Shown: positions 53,885 through 64,000, numbered from the stretch's first letter. The stretch is DNA of 64,000 nt from Glaucostegus cemiculus (GCA_976551045.1 CDPCPM010000014.1:15190001-15254000), one strand, 5' to 3'. The notes: generated from the letters alone by a model not told the origin. A program made the numbers and translations.

Positions 53885-54410
53885 AGAGACATAGGAAGAA
53901 GTGTAATCCTTTGCTCTTTGAGCCTGTCCTGCAATTCATTGTGATCATATTTGATCCATGGTCTCACTCCATAAAGCTGCCTATTCCCCATTTCCCTTCA
54001 TAACATTAATTAGCAACTATCCATAAGTCTCAGATTTAATATTAATTGTTGAACTAGCATAAATTTCTATTCACAGAATTCCAGAGTTCTAATTATTAGA
54101 CAATGTTTCAGATTATTTATAGTCTGAGACTCTCCAACAAATGGAAATAGTTTCTAACTAATAATCCCTACCAACTCCACTTCGAAACTTGAAATTGAGA
54201 TCAAGTCACTCCTTAGCCTTCTAAGTCCCAGACCCTTATTTGTCGACCCTTACATCACAATTTAATGTTTGGTGTAATATTGGTACCTCTACTCTGCACT
54301 CCATCCAACCTCAATACATCCTTGCAATACATGTTCAGAATACCATAGGTGTAGTCTAACCAGAGTCATATACAATTGTATCATGATGCCTAATCCCTTG
54401 TATTAGGCAT
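53885..54410 (-). mobile_element. Degenerate CR1 3' fragment
   Basis: ACATAGGAAG..TTTGAGCCTG..GATCAT CR1 tail pattern; TAGTCTAACCAG. Confidence 0.45.
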
Positions 54411-54451
54411 GAAGGAAGTCAAAGTCAAATCGAGTTTATTGCCATATGCAC

Positions 54452-55086
54452 AAGTCGTCGTCGTCATGGCTATCCCTCGAGGTCAAGGACGATGGTCTTC
54501 ATTCCGTTGATCTATTTTTGGGCTCTCAAGTGTCTTATGAGTCCAATCTTGGCTCTGAAAGTTCCTCCGCATTCAGGACAGGTGGTTCCAAATGGCAGAT
54601 CGGGCTTTGGTTGTTTCTGCTTCTCTTTCCATTTTCTCCTCTTTTCCTCTAATTCTGTACATCTGATGGCTTCGAAAGTTGCTGTTCCTTCTCGGATGAT
54701 GGCTTGCCAGAGTTTCCTGTCCTTGGCATTGGTTTCCCAATTGTTGATGTCAATGTTATATTTCTTCATGTTTGCTTTTAAGACGTCTTTGCATCTCTTC
54801 TGCTGTCCGCCTCTTTTATGTTTGCCTACTTTAAGCTGGGAGTAAAAGATTTGTTTTGGCAGACACTCGCCTCTCATCCGAACAACATGACCACTCCATC
54901 TTAGTTGGTTCTTGATAACATAGGCTTCAATGCTTGTTGTTTTTGCTCCGTTTAGCATGTTGACGTTGGTTCTTCTATCTTCCTAGCTGATATTTAAGAT
55001 ATTTTAAAGACAGCGTTGATGGAACTTTTCAAGTGCCTTCAGATGTCGTCGGTATACTGTCCAAGTTTCTGATGCATACAGGAGCA
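54452..55086 (-). mobile_element. Young 5'-truncated RTE LINE nested in a Rex1 tail
   Basis: ORF 54512-54958 QLRWSGHVVRM..LPKQIFYSQL..CPECGGTFRAKIGLIRHLRAQK; (GAC)n tail; flanked by Rex1-tail pieces 54415-54452 and ~55090-55200. Confidence 0.9.
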
Positions 55087-56594
55087 CTAGAGACACAATA
55101 TCCACAAGAAAAACAAATTCAACATAAATTGTACAAAACTATACAAGAAAGAACACAATTAAAACAAAATAAATGAAGTTCATTGTGGTACAAAGTGTAG
55201 AACACAAGCTCAAGCTCATAAATAGCAAATATTGGGATATTTTACTTCACCCTAAAATGATCATCCTAGATGGATGCCTGGAGGGGATTGAAGATGGAAA
55301 CCATGGGACAATGCAAGCAACAATTGATTGTGGTAGAAGAGGAGGTTGAGGGTTTTGAAAAGATGATGCTAGATGGATTTATTGGCCTTACCTATTGGTA
55401 ATTATCATGCAAAGTTTTGGAATCCATGAGCAGAGGATTGTGATGTTAACATTTCAGTGCTTATAGCAAAGCCCTAACGAAGAACACTAGATGTCAATTT
55501 GTCAATCTTATATTCCTGTTTAAGTTTTGAAGATCCTGATATTGGATTGTTGGGGAAATAAGCAATACAATTCTTTTCAGTTAAGTGTTTTATAAACAAA
55601 ACACACACGATGACAAAACATGAGATTACTTTGTATACACAATTACATGAGTGGATAAGTCTAGCACAATTCTGATAATACCAGTGTTGTTCATGTCTCT
55701 AATGTTTTTTCTTCTTTCATCTGTTGTACACCAGCTGTTACTGTAACACCATGCAATTGCAACCAATCAAGATGTCAACACTGCATTAAATTCTCTTTCT
55801 ATCAGGAACAAAGCAGTTCACAACAATATTATCAAATGCATAGTGAAGATTACCAACAAACAAATATTTCAAAATAGTAGACATAACATTTTGTATTGTC
55901 AGCATGCAAGTATCTCCAACTTGCTTCATCACCAAGATTTCAGTGAACTGTTTTCATTAATATTAAAGTGCACTGAAACATTACCAGAGGAAAGTAACAA
56001 GCACTTTGTGCCTAACTAGCCATTGAGGGAGTACAGTAATAAATGAGCAACATGAAGAGAATGAAACAATTTCATTTTATTCAATGAGATTATCAGAGAA
56101 AAATTAATTTAATTTGATCCTTAGTTTCTTTAAGGTTGAGATACTTAATTGTTTAACTTTTCCAATAGAACTTTTCCAATTACTCTGACCTCGGAGGACT
56201 TCAGAAACTGCTAAGTATTTTCTCTATTTTTTTTTAATTAAAGTGTAAGAGTAGAGTAAGATTTTTAACAAGGGTGTAAGATACTAGTGTTAGATAGTAT
56301 TTAGAAGTTATTTTTAGTAGGGTTATATAAGCTTTAAGGGGTCGAGTGAGGGCTGCACTGCGCAGGCGCCACGCAGGCAGCTTAAAAGGCAACCAGCTTC
56401 TAGAGCGGGCAGCGTCAGAGCGGCAGCAGAGTGAGGGGGGAGCAGAGTGTTCGGGCTTTGGCTCAAGGGGCTTCGGCTTGAAGGGGCCAGGCAGGGGAGT
56501 TACTGGTAAGTAAAGGTAAGGCTTACCTGTTGAAGTTACATAGTTGGACAAAACAGGTCTAAGGGGAACTAGTTAAGATGGAGGGCATGGTGCA

Positions 56595-57527
56595 GTGCTG
56601 TGGGAGGACGTGGACCCTGTTGAGGTCCACGTTGACCACTTCTGCGGTAAGCGTGTGAGGCTGGAGGAACTTCGGCTCAAAATTGATGAGCTGGAGTCAC
56701 GGCTTCAAACACTGCAGAGCATCAGGGAGAGAGAGAGTTATGTAGATGCAGCACATCAGGAGACAGTCACCCCACTTAGAGCAGATACTTCAGGGGGCCA
56801 GGTAGTAGATAGCTGGGTGACTGTCAGGGGAGGGAAAAGGAAGGGGAAAACAAATAGCCAGACAGTGCAGAGAACCCCGGAGGCTGTTCCCCTCAATAAC
56901 AGGTTTTCAACTTTGGAAACTGTGGAGGGGGATAGCCTGCAGGAACCAAGCACTAGTACCCAGGTCACTGCCACTAGGACCAGTACTACTGCTCAGATGG
57001 GGAAGAAGGGGACGAGAAATGCAGTGGTGATAGGGGACTCAAAAGTCAGGGAAACAGATAGGAGATTCTGTGGAAGTGAACATGAATCCCGGATGGTATG
57101 TTGCCTCCCAGGTGCCAGGGTCCGGGATATTACTGATCGGGTTCACAGGATTCTCGAGTGGGAGGGAGAGCAGCCAGAAGTCATGGTTCATGTTGGTACC
57201 AATGACATAGGTAGAAAGAGGGATGAGGTCCTGAAAAGGGAGTTTATGGAGCTAGGCAGAAAGCTGAAGACCAGGACCTCAAGGGTAGTAATTTCAGGAT
57301 TACTACCAGTGCCACGTGATAGGAAAGGTAGGAACAGGGCGAGGTGGCAATTAAATACGTGGCTGAGAAAGTGGTGCAGGGTAGAAGGTTTTAGATTTTT
57401 GGATAACTGGGACCTCTTCTGGGGAAGGTGGGACCTGTACAGAAAAGACGGGTTACACCCCAACCAGAGGGGGGCAGATATCCTTGCAGCACAGTATGCT
57501 TGGATGGTTCATGAGAGTTTAAACTAG
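56595..57527 (+). CDS. CR1 ORF1: zinc-finger remnant, coiled coil, SGNH/GDSL esterase-like domain
   Basis: VVIGDS, CLPGA, HVGTND, DGLHPN motifs; LEELRLKIDELESRL heptads; likely true ATG at 56578 is now out of frame. Confidence 0.88.
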   Translation: MLWEDVDPVEVHVDHFCGKRVRLEELRLKIDELESRLQTLQSIRERESYVDAAHQETVTPLRADTSGGQVVDSWVTVRGGKRKGKTNSQTVQRTPEAVPLNNRFSTLETVEGDSLQEPSTSTQVTATRTSTTAQMGKKGTRNAVVIGDSKVRETDRRFCGSEHESRMVCCLPGARVRDITDRVHRILEWEGEQPEVMVHVGTNDIGRKRDEVLKREFMELGRKLKTRTSRVVISGLLPVPRDRKGRNRARWQLNTWLRKWCRVEGFRFLDNWDLFWGRWDLYRKDGLHPNQRGADILAAQYAWMVHESLN

Positions 57528-57666
57528 TTGGCGAGGGGGATGGGAACCAGGAGGGTGTAGAGCCACTCTGTCTGTTAGAGAGACAGACAGAGTGTGTCTC
57601 TCTACATCCTCTAAAAGAGGATGTAGAGGTTACAGAAAAGGCAGATCTAACAGACAGAGTGGCTCT
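57518..57666 (+). promoter_or_regulatory. Candidate -1 programmed ribosomal frameshift cassette (U_UUA_AAC plus downstream structures)
   Basis: T TTA AAC TAG in ORF1 frame; -1 frame open 57515-60664; multiple perfect inverted repeats 57551-57666. Confidence 0.6.
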
Positions 57667-60664
57667 TAGGAAGGAGAGGCAGAGTAGAGGCCATAATAGT
57701 AAAAAGGTGGTTAAACTAATCAGGCAAGATGAAGGAAACCATCTTAGATTAAAGGAGGTGGTATGCGGGAACAAGTCGACGTGTAGTGAAGATGGTAAGA
57801 AGGACAGGCGGGTGGAAGGTAAGGATAATTTAGAGATCAATAGAAGTTCTATAGTTGATGCTGTTCTAAAAGTACTGTATTTTAATGCACATAGCATTAG
57901 GAATAAGGTCGATGACCTAGTGGCACAGCTACAAGCTAAAAAATATGATATCGTGGCAATCACCGAATCATGGCTTACTGACGGATGTGATTGGGGACTG
58001 AACATCCAAGGGTATACGGTGTATAGGAAGGATAGGAGGGTAGGCAGAGGGGGTGGTGTAGCCCTGATGGTCAGTAATAATATAAAATCGATAGAAAGGA
58101 AGGACATAGGGGTGGAAGAAGTGGAATCCTTATGGGTGGAGCTAAGAAATAGCAAGGGTAAAAGAACGCTAATTGCAGTTATATATAGACCCCCTAACAG
58201 CAGCCGAGAGGAGGACTATAGGATACAGTTAGAAGTAGAAAAGGCGTGTCAAAAGGGCAATGTGAAGATAATTATGGGGAACTTCAACCTGAAGGTCGAT
58301 TGGGAAAATCAGCGAAGAGGTGGATCGCAGGAAACTGAGTTTGTAGAATGTCTACAGGATGGCTTCTTGGAGCAACTTGTAGATGAACCCACCAGGGGAA
58401 GGGCCATTTTGGATTGGGTACTGTGCAATGAACCAGAGCTGATTAGGGAGCTAAAAGTAATGGAACCATTAGGAACCAGTGATCACAATATGATTGAGTT
58501 TGGAGTCAAATTTGAAAAGGAGAGGCTCATAACTGGTGCACATATATGGCAATGGAACAAGGGAAACTTCAGCAGTATGAGAGAGGTACTGTCTCAAATC
58601 GATTGGAAGAGTAAGCTTGCAGGTGGGACGGTGGAGCAGAAATGGATAAAGTTTTTACAAGAAATAAGGAAGGTGCAGGATAGGTATGTTCCAAGAAAAA
58701 AGAAAGTTCTAAATGGAAAAAAGGCACATATGTGGGTAACGAGAGAGGTTAAGGCTAAGATAAGAGCAAAGGGGAGGGCCTACAAGGTAGCAAAAATAAG
58801 TGGGGAAACTGAGGATTGGGAAACATTTAAAAACCTGCAGAAAGAAGCTAAGAAGGTCATTAGGAAAGAAAAGATGAATTACGAAAGGAAATTGGCAGAT
58901 AACATTCAAACAGATACTAAAAGTTTTTTTAAATATATGAGGTGTAAAAGAGAGACAAGGGTTGATATAGGACCAATTGAAAATGGTGGGGGAGATATTA
59001 TAATAGAAGATACAGAGATGGCAGAGGAACTAAATAAGTATTTTGCATCAGTCTTCACTGTGGAAGATACCAGCAATATACCAGATAGACAGGGGTTCCA
59101 GGGGATTGAACTGAGTACAGTTGAGATTACTAGGGAGAAGGTGCTAAGGAAGCTAAGTGGATTAAAGACAGATAAGTCACCCGGACCGGATGAGGTGCAC
59201 CCTCGGTTTCTGAAGGAGGTGGCTTTAGAGATTGTAGAGGCATTAGTGATTATTTTCCAAGAGTCAATGGACTCCAGCATGGTTCCGGAGGACAGGAGAG
59301 TAGCGAACGTAGTTCCACTGTATGAGAAAGGTGGGAGGCAGCATAAAAGTAATTACAGACCAATTAGTTTGACATCAGTAGTGGGAAAGATACTGGAATC
59401 GATCCTCAAGGATGAGGTTACGGAATACCCGGTGTTTCAAGACAGGATAGGTCCAAGCCAGCATGGTTTCATAAAGGGAAGATCTTGCCTGACCAACCTA
59501 TTGGAGTTTTTTGAGGAAATCACAGGTAGGGTGGATAAGGGAGAGGCAGTGGACGTTGTGTATTTAGACTTTCAAAAGGCCTTCGACAAGGTGCCGCATC
59601 AGAGGCTGATTATTAAGATGAGTACGCATGGAATCACAGGAAAGATATTAAAATGGGTCGAGCATTGGCTGGTAGGCAGAAAGCAACGGGTAGGAATAAA
59701 GGGATCCTGTTCTGGATGGCGACAAGTTACTAGTGGTGTCCCGCAAGGGTCGGTGTTGGGCCCGCTACTTTTCACTTTATATATTAACGATTTGGATGAT
59801 GGAATAAATGGTTTTGTAGCTAAGTTTGCGGATGACACCAAGATTGGCGGTGGAGCAGGGAATATAGAAGAGGCAGGAAGGCTGCAGAGAGACTTGGATA
59901 GGTTAAGTGAATGGGCAAAGAAATGGCAGATGAAATTCAATGTTGACAAATGTGCTGTAGTACACTTTGGCAAAAGAAATGAATGGGCAGATTATTATCT
60001 AGATGGGGAGAAAATTGGAAGTACGGAAGTACAAAGGGACTTGGGGGTATTCATGCAGGACACCCTAAAAGTCAACCACCAGGTCGGATCGGTGATAAAG
60101 AAAGCGAATGCTATGTTGGCGTTCATTTCGCGAGGTATAGTGTATAGAAGTAGGGAAGTGATGATGAGGCTCTATGGAGCACTGATACGTCCTCATTTGG
60201 AATACTGTGTGCAGTTTTGGGCCCCACACCTTAGAAGGGATGTGCTGATGTTGGAGAGGCTCCAGAGGAGGTTTACAAGGATGATTCCTGGTATGAAAGG
60301 GCTTACCTATGATGAGCGTTTATTGGCTCTTGGACTGTACTCGTTGGAGTACAGAAGAATGAGTGGGGACCTCATAGAAGTATTTAGAATGTTGAAGGGA
60401 ATGGATAGAGTGGATGTGGAAAGGCTGTTTCCCTTGGTGGGTGAGTCCAAGACTAGAGGGCACAGACTTAGAATCAGAGGGAACCAGTTTAAAACAGAGA
60501 TGAGGAGAAATTACTTTAGTCAGAGGGTGGTGGAGTTGTGGAATTCTCTGCCACATACAGCTGTAGAGGCTCAGTCAGTGGGGGCATTTAAAGGGGAGTT
60601 AGATAGGTACCTAATTAATCAAGGTATCAAGGGATATGGGGATAAGGCTGGAAATTGGGGATAG
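57659..60664 (+). CDS. CR1 ORF2: APE endonuclease + reverse transcriptase (frame open from 57515; track start is GTG)
   Basis: YFNAHSI, DIVAITESWL, IMGNFN, SDHN, NYRPISLT, YLDFQKAFDKV, GVPQGSVLGP, KFADD; 1001 aa with no stop. Confidence 0.95.
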   Translation: MALRKERQSRGHNSKKVVKLIRQDEGNHLRLKEVVCGNKSTCSEDGKKDRRVEGKDNLEINRSSIVDAVLKVLYFNAHSIRNKVDDLVAQLQAKKYDIVAITESWLTDGCDWGLNIQGYTVYRKDRRVGRGGGVALMVSNNIKSIERKDIGVEEVESLWVELRNSKGKRTLIAVIYRPPNSSREEDYRIQLEVEKACQKGNVKIIMGNFNLKVDWENQRRGGSQETEFVECLQDGFLEQLVDEPTRGRAILDWVLCNEPELIRELKVMEPLGTSDHNMIEFGVKFEKERLITGAHIWQWNKGNFSSMREVLSQIDWKSKLAGGTVEQKWIKFLQEIRKVQDRYVPRKKKVLNGKKAHMWVTREVKAKIRAKGRAYKVAKISGETEDWETFKNLQKEAKKVIRKEKMNYERKLADNIQTDTKSFFKYMRCKRETRVDIGPIENGGGDIIIEDTEMAEELNKYFASVFTVEDTSNIPDRQGFQGIELSTVEITREKVLRKLSGLKTDKSPGPDEVHPRFLKEVALEIVEALVIIFQESMDSSMVPEDRRVANVVPLYEKGGRQHKSNYRPISLTSVVGKILESILKDEVTEYPVFQDRIGPSQHGFIKGRSCLTNLLEFFEEITGRVDKGEAVDVVYLDFQKAFDKVPHQRLIIKMSTHGITGKILKWVEHWLVGRKQRVGIKGSCSGWRQVTSGVPQGSVLGPLLFTLYINDLDDGINGFVAKFADDTKIGGGAGNIEEAGRLQRDLDRLSEWAKKWQMKFNVDKCAVVHFGKRNEWADYYLDGEKIGSTEVQRDLGVFMQDTLKVNHQVGSVIKKANAMLAFISRGIVYRSREVMMRLYGALIRPHLEYCVQFWAPHLRRDVLMLERLQRRFTRMIPGMKGLTYDERLLALGLYSLEYRRMSGDLIEVFRMLKGMDRVDVERLFPLVGESKTRGHRLRIRGNQFKTEMRRNYFSQRVVELWNSLPHTAVEAQSVGAFKGELDRYLINQGIKGYGDKAGNWG

Positions 60665-60819
60665 ATATGTTATCTTTTCTTTTCTCATGGAGCAGACTCG
60701 AAGGGCTGAATGGCCTACTTCTGCTCCCTTGTCTTGTGATCTTGTGATCTTGTGAAAAAAATTGTTATATAACATGCTCAAGTTACACATTCCACACTCC
60801 ACATTGTTGCCTAAAAATG

Positions 60820-61400
60820 TTCTTCTTCTTCTTCTTCTCCTTCTTTTTCTCAGACAGTCCCTTAGGGTTGAGGATGATTTGATTTCACTACAGTTTTGTG
60901 GGTTCTGATGGAACTGGTGAGGCCATTGTAGAAGCCACAGACTATTCCACAGATGAGGCAGGAGGTAACTGATAAGGTGGACAGGTTTGTGAGATAATGC
61001 ACACTTTCCACAGCTTATTCAGGGCTTCGTATGCCTCTTCTGTTTTGCCCTGGCAGAGGAAGGTGTAACCACCACATTTCTCTATAAAGTGGCCATCTCC
61101 TGCCTATTATGTCTCACTCAGTGAGGCAATGTCAATGTCAAAGCATTTGAGCTCCCTAGCTCAAATGATAGCAGGGCAAAGTCTGTTGTTGTTGGGATTA
61201 TCATAAAGGTCTTGATATTCTGGGTCTCAAACTTCATATTCCAGAGTGAAATTTGCCTGTGTGAGGTGTCTTTTTAACATGGAGTATCTGGCGCACTCCA
61301 CCTACCACATGGGTTTCACAGAACAAGATCTTGATTCAGCGGCACAGGCGCCCAAGACAACTGGAGACCAGATTCTGCTGCATGGGTATTAATGCTCACA
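60820..61400 (-). mobile_element. Internally deleted RTE (5' UTR + endonuclease start fused to 3' end)
   Basis: - strand ARELKCFDIDIASLSET..GGYTF at ~61060-61160 joined to RTE 3' end and (GAA)n tail at 60820. Confidence 0.7.
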
Positions 61401-61403
61401 CAT

Positions 61404-61655
61404 AAATTTTTTTTAATTTTACTTACAACATGGTAACAGGCCCTTTCGGCCCTCCAAGTCCACGCCGCCCATTTTTAACCCCCAAATTAACCTACCCATA
61501 CGTTTTTCAGAATGTGGGAGGAAACCGGGGCACCCGGAGGAAATCCACACAGACTCGGGAGAACGTACAAACTCCTTACAGACAGCGACGGGAATCAAAC
61601 CCCGATTGCTGGCGCTGTAACAGCGTCGCACTAACCGCTACGCTATCGTGCTGCC
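61404..61655 (-). mobile_element. Young full-length short V-SINE
   Basis: Close copy of 978-1220 (ORFs 1073-1384 and 61419-61631 share MGRLIWG.KMGGVDLEGRKGLLP); possible ATAAA target-site duplication. Confidence 0.9.
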
Positions 61656-61904
61656 ATAAAGATGGACACACACATAGGTCCAACTCAACATTTACACACT
61701 TTCTCACTCATGGGCACAGAATCATACCTTATGTACCTCACTTGTGATATGGCTATATATGTTTGGAACAGTGTCATCTGTGGAGTAATGAACAATATGA
61801 GTGCATGCAGACTCAAGGGACATTTAGCAGAATGCAAAGCTCATTGGCAGAAATAGAATAAAGGGCAGCTATACAGAATGGCAGAAAGCAAGAAGAAGAT
61901 CCTA

Positions 61905-63930
61905 CAAGGATCACAGAAGAATAAACACAAGAAAATATGAGCAGTAGTAGGCCACCTGGCTCTTCCAGCTTAATCTGCCATTCAGTAAATTCATGGCTGA
62001 TCTGTTCCAGGACTCAATGCTTCTTCTGTGCTAATCCCACAAACCCTCTGTTTCCCTATCTTTCAAGGATTTATCTACTTCCTCTTTAGGTACCTTCAGT
62101 GAACCATCATCACAGCCCTCCAGGGAAGAGAATTCCAAAGATTCATCACCAGACAGAAGAAATTTCTATGCACCTCAGTGTTAAGTGACAACCCTGTTAT
62201 CTTGTAAATATATCCCCTTGTTCAAGACCCTCACTAGTGGAAACATCTCAACATCTACCTTGTCATGCCCCCTTGTATGTTGCACTAAGATCACCCCTCA
62301 TCTTGCCAAAATCCAAAGGGTACAGGTCTAGAGGTTTATTGCTGTTCTTGATAGGAAACCCTCTCATCACTGCAATTAGCCTAATGAATCTCTTCCAAAC
62401 TGCCTTCAATGCTACTATATCCTTTCTTAAATAAGTGGTCCAAAGCAATATTCCAGCCGTGGCCTCACCAAAAGCCCTGTACAACACTTCTTATTTTTAA
62501 ACTCCACCCCCTAAACAATAAAGGCAACGAGGATCAAATCAGGAGCGAGATGGAATACTCTCTACTTGCAACTTTAACAACACTTAAGAAGCTCAACACC
62601 ACACAGGACATAACAGCCCACATGATAGGCATCCCATCCACAGCTGTTTGCTCCCTCCACCACCACAGTAAGAGAGTTTGTACCATCTACAGGATGCACT
62701 GCAGAAACTCACCAAGACTCCTTAGAAGCATCTTCCAAACCCACAGCCTCCACCAGCTAGAAGGATTATGGCCAGAAAAACATGGGAACACCACCATCTG
62801 GAAGTTGCCCTCCAAGCCACATGCCATCCTAACTAGGAAATATATCACTGTTCCTTCACTGCTGCTGGGTCAAAATCCTGGAACTCCCTCCCAAACAGCA
62901 TTATAGGAGTATACCCACTGCTTAAGGTCAGCAGCTGTTCAAGAAGGCAGCTCCCCACCTCCTCCTCATGGGTAATTAGTTATGGGCAATGAAATGCTGG
63001 CTCAGCCCGTTGAATGAATAAAAAAAGCTATGGCATTTGCCTTCTTAATTACTTGTTTCACTTGCATGCTAACTTATTGAGTTTCAGGCACAAGAACACC
63101 TAATATCCTCTGTACTCCACTTATTTGATGTTTCTCTCCATTTAGATAGTAGTCTGCCTTTTGATTCCTCTTACTAAATTGCATGACCTCACACTGTAAA
63201 CTCCACTTGTAAGTTTTTGCCCATTCACTCAACCTGTCTATGTCCTGTTATACAGGCCATATATCCTCCTCACAGAATGCCCTTCCACCTACTTTTGAAT
63301 CATCAGCAAACTTCCATACTCCACACTCTGCCTTCCTCCTCCAAGTCAATAATATAGATAGCAATTAATTGGGAGCCAAGGATTAATCTTTGGGACACTC
63401 ATTAAGTACATACTTGAAGTCTGAAAAAGATATAGTTATTCCGATTCTTTGTTTTCTATATGATAACCAGTATTCAATCCATGTTAACACACTCCCCCCT
63501 TGCTGTGAGCTCTTATATTGTGCATCAGTCTTTTATATGGGACTTTATTGAATGTCCTCCTGAAGTTTTTTGAGAACTCCAGCAAATTTGCCAAGCATGA
63601 TTTTCCTTCTATGAAGCCTTATTGACTTGATTTAATTGCATTAAGCTTCTCTGATGACTAGCTCTTTCTTCCTTGATTGTAGATGCCACCATCTTCCCAA
63701 TGAGAGATGTTAAGCAAATTGGCCTATACTTTCCTGCATTTTGCCTCCCCCTTGTTTTGGGCATCACATTTGTAGTTTTCTATCCATTGGTACACTCTCA
63801 AAACTTAATGAGCTTTAATAAACTTCAACCAATGGCTCCACTATCTCTGCAGTCACTTCTTTTAAACATTTGGATGCAGGTCATTTCATCCTTGTGACTT
63901 GTCTGCCTTTAGTCCATTCATTTTTCCACT
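61905..63930 (-). mobile_element. Degenerate CR1 (RT to tail) interrupted by another LINE fragment
   Basis: ORF 62263-62487 YLRKDIVAL..RF; CATCAGCAAACTT (KFADD complement) at ~63300. Confidence 0.7.
62530..63028 (+). mobile_element. CR1/L2-group LINE 3' fragment nested in CR1
   Basis: QIRSEMEYSLLA..LKKLNTTQD; tail TTCAAGAAGGCAGCTC..ATGGGCAAT..TGAATGAATAAAAAAA. Confidence 0.75.
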
Positions 63931-63933
63931 GCT

Positions 63934-64000
63934 GGGCTGCATGATAGCGTAAGCAGTTAGCGCGACACTGTTACAACGCCAGCGATCGGGGTTCGATTCC
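63934..64000 (+). mobile_element. V-SINE tRNA head, cut by window end
   Basis: GATAGCG..GTTAGCGCGACACTGTTACAACGCCAGCGATCGGGGTTCGATTCC. Confidence 0.85.

Larger units (their letters stand above)
56235..60754 (+). mobile_element. Near-full-length CR1-clade (HER1-like) LINE
   Basis: CpG-rich 5' UTR, esterase ORF1, EN-RT ORF2, 3' hairpin GGAGCAGA(60689)..TCTGCTCC(60727), (ATCTTGTG)n tail; 5' boundary approximate. Confidence 0.95.

Noticed and set aside
57391-58155. 254-aa antisense ORF (and other antisense ORFs over CR1/Rex1)
   Set aside because: Shadow of purine-rich coding sequence on the other strand; low-complexity S/L/F product.

Overview
This is an AT-rich, repeat-dense vertebrate window with two short N gaps. 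The repeat content (HE1/V-SINE-type SINEs, HER1/CR1 LINEs, Rex1/Babar, L1, L2, RTE and Penelope-derived mini-elements) indicates a cartilaginous fish (shark or ray; inference). I recognise no host protein-coding exon, so the window reads as a large intron or intergenic region. Every recognisable ORF is transposon-derived. Main features are a near-full-length CR1 LINE (~56235-60754; SGNH-esterase ORF1, uninterrupted EN-RT ORF2), a 5'-truncated L1 (6238-8572, -), a 5'-truncated Rex1/Babar (9575-11104, +) and many fragments. The most notable signal is at the CR1 ORF1/ORF2 junction. An in-frame U_UUA_AAC slippery heptamer sits immediately before the ORF1 stop, the -1 frame is open straight into an ORF2 that has no AUG before the endonuclease, and a nest of mutually exclusive RNA stems follows. 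This is a candidate -1 ribosomal frameshift cassette giving an ORF1-ORF2 fusion. Other highlights are an intact minimal hammerhead ribozyme in a palindromic Penelope-derived element (33018-33056, -), an internally deleted RTE, V-SINEs with swapped LINE tails, and a repeat-free enhancer-like block. Repeat boundaries were read by eye and are approximate; family names come from motif recognition, not database search.
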